From an uncultured beta proteobacterium (lineage in GTDB: Bacteria; Pseudomonadota; Gammaproteobacteria; Burkholderiales; SG8-41): a stretch of 64,000 nt of DNA. Position 1 is the stretch's first letter, and each line of letters begins with the position of its first letter. The DNA lies in the NCBI GenBank assembly GCA_902825845.1, contig CADECM010000001.1, forward strand, positions 98,831-162,830. The letters run 5' to 3'. The notes below the pieces were generated by a model. That model did not search any database, was not told where the DNA came from, and saw only the letters and a program-made list of their open reading frames with translations. Below are positions 12,415-23,039 of this stretch, piece by piece. Both the position numbers and the translations under genes were made by a program.

Positions 12415-13652
12415 TGAGCGATACCGCCATACAGCGTCTCACCATTCTGGGCTCCACCGGCAGTATCGGTGCGAGCACGCTCGATGTTGTTGCGCGCCAT
12501 CCGCGGCGTTTTTCAGTGGTGGCGCTGACCGCGAATTCGGATGTCGACGCCTTGTTCCAGCAATGCAGGCGGCACACGCCCGCGTTCGCTGTCATGGTCG
12601 ACGCCGGCGCCGCGCGAGCGCTCGAGCAACGCATTGCCCAGGCAGGCCTGAAGACGCGGGTGCTGTGCGGCATGGAGGCGCTCGAAAAGGTGGCATGTCT
12701 GCCCGAAGTGGACACGGTTATGGCCGCCATTGTCGGTATCGCCGGACTGCGCCCCACGCTGGCGGCGGCGGCTGGCGGAAAGAAAGTGTTGCTTGCGAAC
12801 AAGGAGTCGCTGGTGACCGCGGGACGTCTGTTTATGGACACGGTGCGCGCCAGCGGCGCAACCCTGTTGCCGATTGACAGCGAACACAACGCCGTATTTC
12901 AGTCGCTGCCGCGTGGTTTCGACGGCGATCTGGCAAGTTCCGGCGTGCGGCGAATTTTGCTGACCGCGTCGGGCGGGCCATTTCGCACCCTGCCTCTGGA
13001 CCAGTTTGCGAACATCACGCCACAACAGGCATGCGCGCATCCGAATTGGGTCATGGGGCGCAAGATTTCAGTGGATTCGGCCACCATGATGAACAAGGGT
13101 CTGGAGGTCATCGAGGCGCACTGGTTGTTTGGCGCGCCGGCCGAGTGCATTGAAGTCGTGGTGCACCCCGAGAGCATCGTGCATTCGATGGTGGAATATG
13201 TCGATGGCTCGGTAATCGCGCAAATGGGCAATCCCGATATGCGCACACCCATCGCGCACGCGCTCGCGTATCCCGAACGCATCGCCAATGGCGTGAATTT
13301 CCTGGATCTGGCGGCAGCCGGCACGCTACGATTTGAACAGCCGGACGTGGGACGCTTCCCGTGCCTTGCACTGGCATTCACGGCATTGCGCGATGGCAAT
13401 GGTGCGGCAACTGTACTGAATGCTGCCAACGAAGTCGCAGTGGAGCGGTTTCTGGACGAGGACTTGAGCTATGCCGACATTCCCCGGTTGATCGAAACGG
13501 TGCTGGGCGCGGTTCACGCGCCGCCCGCGCGTACTTTGGATGACGTAATGGGGCTGGATCACGAGGCGCGGGAACAGGCGTGGCGGTGGGTCGCCCGTAG
13601 CGGACACAACCGCGCCGCGGGAACAATCGCTGCTGCGTCGGGGTCGAAGTAA
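12411..13652 (+). CDS. dxr: 1-deoxy-D-xylulose 5-phosphate reductoisomerase
   Basis: [16 protein letters not shown] motif and [12 protein letters not shown] overlap with cdsA. Confidence 0.95.
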   Translation: MMSDTAIQRLTILGSTGSIGASTLDVVARHPRRFSVVALTANSDVDALFQQCRRHTPAFAVMVDAGAARALEQRIAQAGLKTRVLCGMEALEKVACLPEVDTVMAAIVGIAGLRPTLAAAAGGKKVLLANKESLVTAGRLFMDTVRASGATLLPIDSEHNAVFQSLPRGFDGDLASSGVRRILLTASGGPFRTLPLDQFANITPQQACAHPNWVMGRKISVDSATMMNKGLEVIEAHWLFGAPAECIEVVVHPESIVHSMVEYVDGSVIAQMGNPDMRTPIAHALAYPERIANGVNFLDLAAAGTLRFEQPDVGRFPCLALAFTALRDGNGAATVLNAANEVAVERFLDEDLSYADIPRLIETVLGAVHAPPARTLDDVMGLDHEAREQAWRWVARSGHNRAAGTIAAASGSK

Positions 13653-13653
13653 G

Positions 13654-15033
13654 GTGAGTCTGCTCTATACCATTGCTGCGTTCGTGGTGGCCCTCGGGGC
13701 ACTGATCGTGATCCACGAATTGGGGCATTACTGGGTTGCGCGTTGGTGCAATGTAAAGGTATTGCGGTTTTCGGTGGGATTCGGCAAGCCGCTTCGAACC
13801 TGGGTTCGCGGCGCCGACCGCACCCAGTGGGTGCTGGCCGCAATACCGCTGGGCGGTTATGTCAAGATGCTCGACGAACGGGAAGGGGCGGTTACCCCTT
13901 CTGAACTGCCGCGCGCGTTCAACAGTCAGAACGTGTGGAGGCGCATCGCCATAGTTGTAGCCGGACCAGTGGCCAATTTATTGCTGGCCATTGTGCTGTA
14001 CTGGATATTGTTCCTGCATGGCGTTCCAGGTTTGCGGCCTGTGGTCGGCACGCCGGTGGCGGCGAGCGCGGCGGCGAAAGCGGGTTTCGCCGCAGGCGAC
14101 ACGTTGGTGAATATAGCCGGCACGCCGGTGTCAACATGGCAGGACGCGCGCTGGGCGCTGCTTAAAAGCGCCGTAAGGCGCGCGCAGGAAGGAACGGTTG
14201 CCATTCAGATCTTGGGGGAGGCTGACAAGCCTGTCACACGATCGCTTGACTTGACCGCATTGTCGCCGGCGGATCTGGACGGGGACTTTCTGAAAGCGCT
14301 GGGAATCACCCGTTTGCAGTTGAAGGCGCCTCCGGAGATAGGGCGCATCGCGCCTGACGGCGCTGCTGAGCGCGCGGGTCTCAGGGCGGGAGACGAAATC
14401 GTGGCATTGAACAATGTGCGGCTCGAATCGGTGGAACAAGCGATCGAAACCATACAGTCGCACGCGGGCAAGCCCATGATTGCGGAGATTCGCCGTGGTG
14501 GCGCGGCGCTGCCGCCGCTGCAGGTGGTACCGGCGACTGTCACCGAGGCGGATGGCCGCGTGATCGGGCGCATTGGCGCCGTGCTTCAGCCCTTGCGCGC
14601 GGCATCCGAGAAATACCGTGTCGAAGTGCGCTACGGTCCCGTTGATGCCTTGCTGCAGGCCACGCTGAAAACATGGGACACGTCGCTATTCAGTCTCAAG
14701 ATGCTGGGCAAGATGTTGATAGGCGAGGTATCGCTGAAAAACCTCAGTGGGCCCATTACGATTGCGGACTATGCGGGGCAGTCCGCGCAAAATGGATGGA
14801 TTTCGTATCTCGTATTTCTGGCGCTGATCAGCATCAGTCTCGGCGTACTCAATCTGCTGCCGATCCCCTTATTGGACGGCGGGCATTTGATGTATTATAT
14901 CGTTGAGGTTTTCAGAGGTGCTCCGGTGTCGGAGATGGCCATGGAAATCGGTCAGCGCGTCGGCATGGCATTGTTGTTGCTTATGATGGCGTTTGCGCTC
15001 TACAACGATGTTAATCGACTGATAAGCGGTTAG
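13654..15033 (+). CDS. rseP: RIP zinc metalloprotease RseP
   Basis: HELGHY zinc site, central PDZ-length region and C-terminal NLLPIPLLDGGH. Confidence 0.94.
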   Translation: MSLLYTIAAFVVALGALIVIHELGHYWVARWCNVKVLRFSVGFGKPLRTWVRGADRTQWVLAAIPLGGYVKMLDEREGAVTPSELPRAFNSQNVWRRIAIVVAGPVANLLLAIVLYWILFLHGVPGLRPVVGTPVAASAAAKAGFAAGDTLVNIAGTPVSTWQDARWALLKSAVRRAQEGTVAIQILGEADKPVTRSLDLTALSPADLDGDFLKALGITRLQLKAPPEIGRIAPDGAAERAGLRAGDEIVALNNVRLESVEQAIETIQSHAGKPMIAEIRRGGAALPPLQVVPATVTEADGRVIGRIGAVLQPLRAASEKYRVEVRYGPVDALLQATLKTWDTSLFSLKMLGKMLIGEVSLKNLSGPITIADYAGQSAQNGWISYLVFLALISISLGVLNLLPIPLLDGGHLMYYIVEVFRGAPVSEMAMEIGQRVGMALLLLMMAFALYNDVNRLISG

Positions 15034-15036
15034 TTC

Positions 15037-17376
15037 ATGGCATACAGGTTTCGGCGGTCATGGTTCGCACGTTCGTTCTGTATACCCGCTGCAATCTGTG
15101 CTGCCCTTTATATGCCGTCTGCCTGGGCGATCGATCCGTTTGTCATCAAGGACATTCGGGTCGAAGGTTTGCAGCGAACAGAGGCAGGGACGGTTTTCAG
15201 CTACCTGCCGGTGAAGGTCGGCGACACGCTCGATGACGAAAAAGCCTCGGAAGCAATTCGGTCATTATTTGCCACCGGATTTTTCCGCGACGTGACGCTT
15301 GAAGTCGAGGGTGATGTGCTGGTGGTCGTCCTGCTCGAGCGGCCTTCGATCGCGCAGGTTGATTTCAACGGGGTAAAGGAATTCGACAAGGATACGCTGA
15401 ACAAGGTCATGCGCCAGATTGGGCTGGCCGAAGGCCGCATATTCGACCGCAGCGTGGCAGAACGTGCCGAACAGGAGTTGAAGCGTCAATATCTGACACG
15501 CGGCAAGTATGCGGCGGAAGTCACCACCACGGTCACGCCCCTCGAACGCAACCGGGTTTCGCTGAATTTTAACGTGGTGGAGGGGGAGTCCTCCAAAATA
15601 CGGCAAATTTCCGTAATTGGCGCGAAGGCGTTTAGCGAACGTCAGTTGCGAAGCCTGTTTGTGCTTCGCGAGCCGGGCTGGTTTACCTGGTATAGCAAAC
15701 AGGATCAGTATTCGCGGCAAAAGTTGTCCGCCGACCTCGAAACCATGCGTTCGTTCTATCAGGACCGCGGTTACCTGGAGTTCAGCATCGATTCGACTCA
15801 GGTGTCGATCACGCCGGACAAGAAAGACATCTACATCACCGTCACCATCACCGAGGGCGAGAAATACACGGTGGCGGACGTCAAGGTGGACGGCGAATTG
15901 CTGATACCGGAAGCGGAAATCCGCAAGCTGATTACCGTCAAGCCGGGAGAGGTATTTTCGCGCGTAAAGCTCAACGAATCGAACAAGAATATCACCGATC
16001 GGCTGGGCAACGACGGGTACGCATTTGCCAACGTGAATGCGGCGCCGGAACTGAACAAGGAAAAACGCCAGGCGTCCTTTACCTTCTTTGTGGATCCAGG
16101 GCGGCGGGTGTACGTGCGCCGCATCAATATCGCGGGCAATACCCGCACGCGCGATGAAGTCATCCGCCGTGAAATGCGACAAATGGAAAGCGCCTGGTAT
16201 TCCGGAAGCAACATTACTTTGTCGCGCCAGCGCGTGGACAAACTCGGTTACTTTACTGAAGTGAATATCGAGAATCCCGCTGTGCAGGGAGCAACCGATC
16301 AGGTAGACGTCAATGTGACTGTCGTGGAAAAACCCACAGGTAACGTTCTGCTGGGAGCGGGCTTCGGCAGCGGCTCGGGGATAATACTTTCAGGCGCGAT
16401 CTCCCAGAACAACATCTTTGGTTCGGGCAAGCATGTTGGGGCGCAAGTAAGCTCGAGCAAGTTGAATACGGTCTACTCGCTTTCCTATACAGATCCATAC
16501 TTTACCAAGGATGGCATTAGCCTGGGCTACGACTTGTACCACCGCAAACTGGATGCCAAGGGAAGCAGTCTGGGCGAGTTTGTCACTCGAACCACGGGCT
16601 TGGGCGCCCGGCTGGGTGTCCCCATCAGTGAGCGGGATACTATCCAGTATGGATTGGCCTATGAGACCACGAAAATCGATACGTTTGACACCAGTCCGCA
16701 GTTTTATCTCGATTATGTCCGCGAGTTTGGCGCATCCAATACTGCATTGATGCCGAGTATCGGCTGGGTGCGCGATGGCCGGGACTCCCTGATCTATCCG
16801 ACGACGGGTTCGTACCACCGCGTGTTTGCCGACGGCGGCATACCGGGTGGCAGCTTGCGCTACTATCGCGCAAACTACCAGTATCAAAGATATTTTCCTG
16901 TAACCCGCCAGACTTCGGTCATGTGGAATACCGAGTTGGGGTACGGCGGCGGTTATGGCGGTAAGCGTCTGCCGTTTTTCAAGAATTACTTTGCCGGCGG
17001 CGTTTCGTCGCTGCGCGGGTACCGGCTGAACTCAGTCGCACCCCGCGATAATTTGCTGGACCCGCGCGGCGGCACGCGCAAATTCCTCACGAATATCGAG
17101 TATCTGTTTCCATTTCCTGGCCTCGCCAATGATCGGTCCGTGCGCATGAGCGCATTTGTGGATGCGGGTGGCGTGTGGGATCCTTCTGCCACTGCTGTAC
17201 CGGGCTTGGAGAAGAACTTCAACTCGTTCAGCAGCGCGTTGCGCTATTCGGCAGGTTTGGGCGTAGCCTGGGTATCGCCATTCGGGCCGCTGAAGTTCAG
17301 TCTTGCCGCGCCGTTGTCCAGCAGGGAAGGTGACAAGAAACAGATTTTCCAGTTTACGTTCGGCGGTGTGTTCTGA
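15037..17376 (+). CDS. bamA: outer membrane protein assembly factor BamA
   Basis: 779 aa. Signal peptide, POTRA region starting IKDIRVEGLQRTE, and a barrel ending FQFTFGGVF. Confidence 0.95.
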   Translation: MAYRFRRSWFARSFCIPAAICAALYMPSAWAIDPFVIKDIRVEGLQRTEAGTVFSYLPVKVGDTLDDEKASEAIRSLFATGFFRDVTLEVEGDVLVVVLLERPSIAQVDFNGVKEFDKDTLNKVMRQIGLAEGRIFDRSVAERAEQELKRQYLTRGKYAAEVTTTVTPLERNRVSLNFNVVEGESSKIRQISVIGAKAFSERQLRSLFVLREPGWFTWYSKQDQYSRQKLSADLETMRSFYQDRGYLEFSIDSTQVSITPDKKDIYITVTITEGEKYTVADVKVDGELLIPEAEIRKLITVKPGEVFSRVKLNESNKNITDRLGNDGYAFANVNAAPELNKEKRQASFTFFVDPGRRVYVRRINIAGNTRTRDEVIRREMRQMESAWYSGSNITLSRQRVDKLGYFTEVNIENPAVQGATDQVDVNVTVVEKPTGNVLLGAGFGSGSGIILSGAISQNNIFGSGKHVGAQVSSSKLNTVYSLSYTDPYFTKDGISLGYDLYHRKLDAKGSSLGEFVTRTTGLGARLGVPISERDTIQYGLAYETTKIDTFDTSPQFYLDYVREFGASNTALMPSIGWVRDGRDSLIYPTTGSYHRVFADGGIPGGSLRYYRANYQYQRYFPVTRQTSVMWNTELGYGGGYGGKRLPFFKNYFAGGVSSLRGYRLNSVAPRDNLLDPRGGTRKFLTNIEYLFPFPGLANDRSVRMSAFVDAGGVWDPSATAVPGLEKNFNSFSSALRYSAGLGVAWVSPFGPLKFSLAAPLSSREGDKKQIFQFTFGGVF

Positions 17377-17385
17377 CGCCGATCA

Positions 17386-17913
17386 GTGGCAAGGATGAAG
17401 CTCATGCAGATACGGAAGTTTTGGTTTGGGGGAATGATCGGCCTGTTGCTGCTCGTGTCGGGTGGGCTGTTCGCGGCGGACTTTAAAGTCGGCTTTGTTG
17501 ACGCCGAGAGGGTTAACAGGGAATCGGCGCCGGCAGACGACGCCAGCAAGCGGCTGGAAAAGGAATTTCAGCCACGGGTGCAGGAAATTCAGCGCCGCGA
17601 AGCCCAAATCAAGTCGCTGCAGGCAAAATTCGATAAGGATGCGCTCACCATGAGCGACAACGAGCGGCGTACCCGTGAGCAGGAGTTGTCGCGTCAGATT
17701 GTCGATATACAGCGGCTGCAGCGGGAATTTCAGGAAGATTTGAATTTGCGGCGCAATCAGGAACTGGGTGCATTGCTGGAGCGCGCGAACAAGATCATTC
17801 GTCAGATTGCAGAGTCCGAAAAGTACGATTTGATTGTGCAGGAAGCGGTTTACCGAAGCCCGCGCGTTGACATAACCGAGCGCGTGCTGAAAGCACTCGC
17901 CGCAGGGAAGTAG
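17386..17913 (+). CDS. skp: periplasmic chaperone Skp/OmpH
   Basis: 175 aa. Signal peptide and coiled-coil sequence. Lies between bamA and lpxD. Confidence 0.88.
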   Translation: MARMKLMQIRKFWFGGMIGLLLLVSGGLFAADFKVGFVDAERVNRESAPADDASKRLEKEFQPRVQEIQRREAQIKSLQAKFDKDALTMSDNERRTREQELSRQIVDIQRLQREFQEDLNLRRNQELGALLERANKIIRQIAESEKYDLIVQEAVYRSPRVDITERVLKALAAGK

Positions 17914-17990
17914 TTTGTGCGTCACCGAGCCGAGGCGTTTTGTCGGCATGGGCTCCGATTGCGCTCGCGTAACCACCCCGGCAGCACACG

Positions 17991-19040
17991 GTGTCCTCAT
18001 ACAGTCTCGGTGAACTAGCGCGCGCCTTGGGCGGCGAGGTCGCGGGCAATCCGGAAACACGGGTGGCTAGAGTTGCGACGCTTGAAAATGCCGGGCCCGA
18101 CGCCATTGCCTTTTACGCGCAGGCACGATTTGTGCGCGATCTGCGGCAGACTCGGGCTGGTGCGGTGATTCTGGGTACGGCAAACCGTGATGCGACCGCC
18201 TTGCCGCGCATTATCTGCAGCAATCCGCATGCCTATTTCGCCCGCGCTTGCGCACTACTGCATCCCGCGCATCGTGCCGTGTCCGGTGTAGACCCGCTGG
18301 CGACCATCCATCCGTCAGCCACGCTGGGCAAGGCGGTCAGCGTGGGACCGTATGCTGTGATCGGCAGCGGGGTGCGCGTAGGCGAGGGGGCGGTCATCGG
18401 CGCGCATTGTTATTTGGGCAACGATACGGATGTGGGCGCGGAGACGGTGTTGTGGCCCGGTGTCGTTGTGTATCATGCCTGCCGCATCGGCATGCGCTGC
18501 ATAGTGCATGCCGGCGTGGTTATCGGCGCCGACGGGTTCGGGAACGCTTGGGAGCAGGATGACCGGGGGGGGCACTGGGTCAAAGTGCCGCAGTTGGGAC
18601 GCGTACTGGTTGGTGATGACGCGGAAATCGGCGCCAACACGACAATTGATCGCGGCGCCATCGACGATACAATAATCGGCGATGGCGTTAGGCTCGATAA
18701 CCTGATCATGATTGCGCACAACGTGCACATTGGCGCGCATACAGCCATTGCGGCATGCAGCGGCATCGCGGGCAGCACGCGAATCGGGCGCCGTTGCAGG
18801 ATCGGCGGTGCGGTGGGCATAGCCGGACACCTTACCATTGCCGATGATGTGGAGATCGGCGGTAAGACGCTGATCACCAAGTCGATTGCAGTGCCTGGCG
18901 CGTATAGCGGAGGTTATCCCTTTGAAGAAAGCCGCCGCTGGCGCCGCAATGCCGTGCAAATTCGACACCTGGACGATCTGGCAAAGCAGGTTAAACAGTT
19001 GGAAACGCGCCTTGCGCTGCTGGAGAGAAAAGACCAATGA
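17991..19040 (+). CDS. lpxD: UDP-3-O-(3-hydroxyacyl)glucosamine N-acyltransferase
   Basis: Hexapeptide-repeat beta-helix. 349 aa. Conserved skp-lpxD-fabZ-lpxA order. Confidence 0.94.
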   Translation: MSSYSLGELARALGGEVAGNPETRVARVATLENAGPDAIAFYAQARFVRDLRQTRAGAVILGTANRDATALPRIICSNPHAYFARACALLHPAHRAVSGVDPLATIHPSATLGKAVSVGPYAVIGSGVRVGEGAVIGAHCYLGNDTDVGAETVLWPGVVVYHACRIGMRCIVHAGVVIGADGFGNAWEQDDRGGHWVKVPQLGRVLVGDDAEIGANTTIDRGAIDDTIIGDGVRLDNLIMIAHNVHIGAHTAIAACSGIAGSTRIGRRCRIGGAVGIAGHLTIADDVEIGGKTLITKSIAVPGAYSGGYPFEESRRWRRNAVQIRHLDDLAKQVKQLETRLALLERKDQ

Positions 19041-19486
19041 CCGAAATGAATATACATCAGGTGCTTGAATACCTGCCGCATCGCTATCCGTTCCTGCTGA
19101 TAGATCGGGTGTTGTCGTACGATCCCGGGAAGTCCATTTGCGCACTTAAAAACGTGACCATCAATGAGCCGTTTTTCAACGGCCACTTCCCTCACTATGC
19201 GGTGATGCCTGGTGTGCTAATTATAGAGGCGCTGGCGCAGGCCGCCGCGTTATTGGCCTTTGTCAGCAAAGGAGAAAAACCCGATCCGGATACACTGTAT
19301 TATTTTGTCGGGATCGACAACGCGCGTTTCAAGAAACCCGTTTCGCCAGGCGATACGTTGCACTTGCATGTGGAATTCCAGCGGGAATTGCGCGGCATCT
19401 GGCGCTTCGGGGCAAAGGCGACTGTAGAAGACGACGTTGTGGCGGAAGCGCAGTTGATGTGCGCCAAACGGGCAGTAAAGAAATAG
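19037..19486 (+). CDS. fabZ: 3-hydroxyacyl-ACP dehydratase
   Basis: [13 protein letters not shown] and FFNGHFP hotdog motifs. ATGA overlap with lpxD. Confidence 0.96.
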   Translation: MTEMNIHQVLEYLPHRYPFLLIDRVLSYDPGKSICALKNVTINEPFFNGHFPHYAVMPGVLIIEALAQAAALLAFVSKGEKPDPDTLYYFVGIDNARFKKPVSPGDTLHLHVEFQRELRGIWRFGAKATVEDDVVAEAQLMCAKRAVKK

Positions 19487-19517
19487 CCTTCGATTCCTCG
19501 AACGGATCACGCGGACC

Positions 19518-20294
19518 ATGCCACGCATACATGCCACGGCGATTATCGACCCGGCAGCTCAGCTGGCCGGTGATGTCGAGGTCGGACCTTACAGCATCAT
19601 CGGACCCCATGTCAGTATTGCGGCGGGCTGCCGCATCGGACCGCACGTGGTCATTCATGGGCACACCAGCATAGGGGCCAATAACCGCATTTTCCAGTTC
19701 ACATCGCTGGGGGAGGTGCCGCAGGACAAAAAATACGGCGGCGAGCACACGCGGCTTGAGATTGGCGACAACAATACCATTCGCGAATTCTGCACCTTCA
19801 ATATTGGTACGGCGCAGGATGCCGGCGTCACCCGACTGGGCGATAACAATTGGATCATGGCCTATGTGCATCTGGCGCATGACTGCCAAGTCGGCAACAA
19901 CACGATCCTTGCCAACAACGCGCAGTTGGCGGGACACGTGGTGATCGATGACTATGCCATACTCGGCGGTTTTACCGGCGTGCATCAATTTTGCCGTATT
20001 GGAAAGCACGCATTTACCGGCGGCTCGACGGTGGTGCTGAAGGATGTACCCCCGTTTGTCACCGCCTCGGGCAATCCGGCAAAGCCCTTTGGCATCAATG
20101 CGGAGGGCCTGAAGCGATGCGGATACAGCGCCGAGGCGATTGCCGGCATCAAACGCGCGTACCGTGCAGTGTTTCGCAGCGGGGATACGGTGGCGCAGGC
20201 GCTGAACACGTTGAACACGCAAGCCGCAGCCTGTCCGGAAATTCAGCCGCTGATTGATTTTCTGGCGGTGCCCGGGCGCGGCATCGTCCGCTAG
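19518..20294 (+). CDS. lpxA: acyl-ACP--UDP-N-acetylglucosamine O-acyltransferase
   Basis: Hexapeptide repeats. 258 aa. Synteny. Confidence 0.95.
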   Translation: MPRIHATAIIDPAAQLAGDVEVGPYSIIGPHVSIAAGCRIGPHVVIHGHTSIGANNRIFQFTSLGEVPQDKKYGGEHTRLEIGDNNTIREFCTFNIGTAQDAGVTRLGDNNWIMAYVHLAHDCQVGNNTILANNAQLAGHVVIDDYAILGGFTGVHQFCRIGKHAFTGGSTVVLKDVPPFVTASGNPAKPFGINAEGLKRCGYSAEAIAGIKRAYRAVFRSGDTVAQALNTLNTQAAACPEIQPLIDFLAVPGRGIVR

Positions 20295-21466
20295 TGTCCC
20301 CCTCAGGAGGCCGCGATACGCAAGCGCTGGTAGTGGGGCTGGTAGCCGGCGAGGCGTCCGGCGACATCCTGGGCGCGCATCTGGTCACTGCGCTTAAAGC
20401 GCGCAGGCCCGATCTGCAATTTGAAGGGGTTGCCGGCCCGCGCATGATTGCAGCGGGCGTGAAGGCGCTTTATCCCATGGATAAACTGTCGGTGCGGGGC
20501 TACGTTGAGGTGTTGCGGCACGTGCCCGGCATTATTAATATGCGTCGCCAACTGGCGCGGCATTTTCTGCGGACGCTGCCGGCGGTATTCATCGGCATAG
20601 ACGCGCCGGATTTCAATCTCGGCCTCGAGCATAAGCTTAAGGCGGCGGGCATCGCCACCGTCCACTACGTCAGTCCGTCGCTGTGGGCATGGCGCGGCGA
20701 GCGCATCCATTTTATGAAGCGGGCGGTGGATCGTGTTCTGACGGTGTTCCCGTTCGAGGCGGCCATTTATGAGAAGGAAGCAATCCCCGTTACCTATGTC
20801 GGACATACGCTGGCAACGCAGTTGGCGGATTATCCGTCACGCTCAACCGTGCGCACTCGGCTGGGTCTGAGACACGATGCCGTGGTGATTGCGTTGCTGC
20901 CGGGTAGCAGGGTCAGTGAGTTGCAGGCGATGGCTGGGTTGTTTGTGGATACGGCCGAGCGCATCGCCAATGCCATGCCGGACGCGGAATTTGTGACACC
21001 GCTGGTGAACCGGGAGACGCGTGCGCTGTTCGAAGCCGCGCTCGCGCGCCGCCCCGCAGTACGCGTTAAGCTGCTCAATGGCCAGTCTCACGCCGCCATT
21101 GCGGCGGCGGACGTGGTACTCGTGGCTTCCGGCACCGCGACGCTGGAAACGGCGTTGCTGCGGCGGCCGATGGTGATCACTTACCGCATGCCGCGGTTGA
21201 GCGCATGGCTGATGAAGCGGCGAGGCTATCTGCCCTATGTCGGTTTGCCGAATATTCTGGCGGGCGAGTTCGTGGTGCCGGAATTGCTGCAGGATGCCGC
21301 GACACCACGCGCCCTCGCGCACGCGGTGCTGGATCTGCTGAACGACGCGCAGCGCCGGGCTGCCATCAGCGAACGTTTTGCACACATGCTGGGCGATTTG
21401 AAGCAAGATACGGCGCAAAAGGCGGCCGATGCGGTCCTGCCGTATATCGACGGACGGCGGGCGTGA
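20294..21466 (+). CDS. lpxB: lipid-A-disaccharide synthase
   Basis: [15 protein letters not shown]-terminal motif. 390 aa. The start shares a nucleotide with the lpxA stop. Confidence 0.94.
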   Translation: MSPSGGRDTQALVVGLVAGEASGDILGAHLVTALKARRPDLQFEGVAGPRMIAAGVKALYPMDKLSVRGYVEVLRHVPGIINMRRQLARHFLRTLPAVFIGIDAPDFNLGLEHKLKAAGIATVHYVSPSLWAWRGERIHFMKRAVDRVLTVFPFEAAIYEKEAIPVTYVGHTLATQLADYPSRSTVRTRLGLRHDAVVIALLPGSRVSELQAMAGLFVDTAERIANAMPDAEFVTPLVNRETRALFEAALARRPAVRVKLLNGQSHAAIAAADVVLVASGTATLETALLRRPMVITYRMPRLSAWLMKRRGYLPYVGLPNILAGEFVVPELLQDAATPRALAHAVLDLLNDAQRRAAISERFAHMLGDLKQDTAQKAADAVLPYIDGRRA

Positions 21467-22041
21467 AGCAAAGCCGCCTCGTGGCTGGCGTTGACGAAGC
21501 CGGGCGCGGACCCCTGGCCGGGCCGGTCTATGCAGCGGCGGTCATTCTCGATCCCGCAGTGCGGATTGAAGGCTTGGCGGACTCAAAAAAACTGACTGCC
21601 GCAAAGCGCGAAGCCTCGTTTGACATGATTCAGCGCCACGCCGTGGCTTGGGCGATTGCCAGTGCCACTGTCGAGGAAATAGATGAAATCAATATTCTGC
21701 AGGCAAGCCTGCTGGCAATGCGCCGGGCCGTGGAGCGTCTCGCCCTGCGGCCAAGTGCGATATTGGTCGACGGCCTGCATTGCCCCCAGGTGAGCATGCC
21801 GGCGCGCGCCATTGTCAGGGGCGACGCCTCGGAAGCGGCGATTTCGGCCGCGTCGATTTTGGCCAAGGTTGCGCGGGACCGCCAGATGCGGGCGCTGCAC
21901 CAGAAATATCCGGTGTATGGATTCGACTTGCACAAGGGCTATGGCACTGCCATGCATCTTGCGGCGTTGGCCCGCCACGGCGTCTCGCCGGTTCATCGGC
22001 GCAGTTATGCGCCGATTAAAAAATTGTTTAAAAACAAATAG
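21463..22041 (+). CDS. rnhB: ribonuclease HII
   Basis: [24 protein letters not shown] 21463 overlaps the lpxB stop. The ORF-track start 21205 lies inside lpxB. Confidence 0.93.
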   Translation: MKQSRLVAGVDEAGRGPLAGPVYAAAVILDPAVRIEGLADSKKLTAAKREASFDMIQRHAVAWAIASATVEEIDEINILQASLLAMRRAVERLALRPSAILVDGLHCPQVSMPARAIVRGDASEAAISAASILAKVARDRQMRALHQKYPVYGFDLHKGYGTAMHLAALARHGVSPVHRRSYAPIKKLFKNK

Positions 22042-22989
22042 TTACGTAATGTCCAGCAACGCGTTGCGCAGCGCTTCACGTTCGTGACGGTGGGTGGTCA
22101 AGGGCTTGCGCGCACGGCCCTGCGCGACGAGTTTTCGATAATAGCCTGGCTCGGTTTCCGCACGCGTCATCAGCTGTGCCAGCGCCTTTTCGTTCTCCAG
22201 CGGGTAGTAGCCCGCGTAGTCGCCGCCGAGCATGCCGATATTGCCGGCAATGCGAGATGCCAGAATGGGCACGTCATTCGCCAGCGCCTCACTCACGACG
22301 TTGGCACCGCCTTCCATGCGCGAACTGATGACCATCAGGCGCCCGCGCGCGAGGAGCCGCAACGCCCTGCCGTGGGAGACTTCGCCCAGCCAGCGGTAGC
22401 GCGACTCGCGCCGCATCCAGGATTCCGCTTCGCGCGCCATCGACCGCGACATCGCGCCACCGATGTGTGTGATACGAATGCGGCTTTGCACGGGCAGATG
22501 CGCCACGGCGGCGACGGCACGAAACGGATCCTTTTCCTCGCGTAAATGTCCACTGACGATGACTTCAAAACAGGATTTCAGCGGCACGGCGCCTTTTACA
22601 GCTCTGGCGGACTGGTACACAACGCGTGCCTTGCGGCGCAGCCCGGGGGCCAGTTCGCGCAAGCCCATCTCCTGCAGCACAATCATGCGCGTGGCAAGCG
22701 TGAGTGATTCCTGTGCCGCCTCGTCGTTGCGGATATCCCGGTAGAGATCGGTGCCGGTCAACGCCAGCACCAAAGGGTGTTGCGGACAGCACACCGCGAA
22801 ATTGCGTATCGAGGTATGGCTGCGCCGCGCATGCAGCGCAAGCATCAGGTCTGCGGGTGTGCCGTCCCAGTCCACCTGCACGGATACCTTGTGGCCCAAC
22901 TCGCGCAGCATACCCGCCCAGCGCAAAGCCGTGCCACGATTGCCGTTGCGGGCGCGAGGCCCCGCTGGCGTGATCAGCGCAATTTTCAT
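22042..22989 (-). CDS. GT-B fold glycosyltransferase, candidate SenB-like (selenosugar synthase family)
   Basis: 315 aa. N-terminus MKIALITPAGPRARNGNRGTALRWAGMLRELGH and GT4-type EGGANVVSEA motif. Divergently paired with an EgtB/SenA-like gene. Family assignment is from memory of the TIGR04348-type N-terminus and is not verified. Confidence 0.6.
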   Translation of the reverse strand: MKIALITPAGPRARNGNRGTALRWAGMLRELGHKVSVQVDWDGTPADLMLALHARRSHTSIRNFAVCCPQHPLVLALTGTDLYRDIRNDEAAQESLTLATRMIVLQEMGLRELAPGLRRKARVVYQSARAVKGAVPLKSCFEVIVSGHLREEKDPFRAVAAVAHLPVQSRIRITHIGGAMSRSMAREAESWMRRESRYRWLGEVSHGRALRLLARGRLMVISSRMEGGANVVSEALANDVPILASRIAGNIGMLGGDYAGYYPLENEKALAQLMTRAETEPGYYRKLVAQGRARKPLTTHRHEREALRNALLDIT

Positions 22990-23039
22990 GGATCAGGATT
23001 CAGGGATACACTAACGGGCGAATATAACAAAAGAATTCG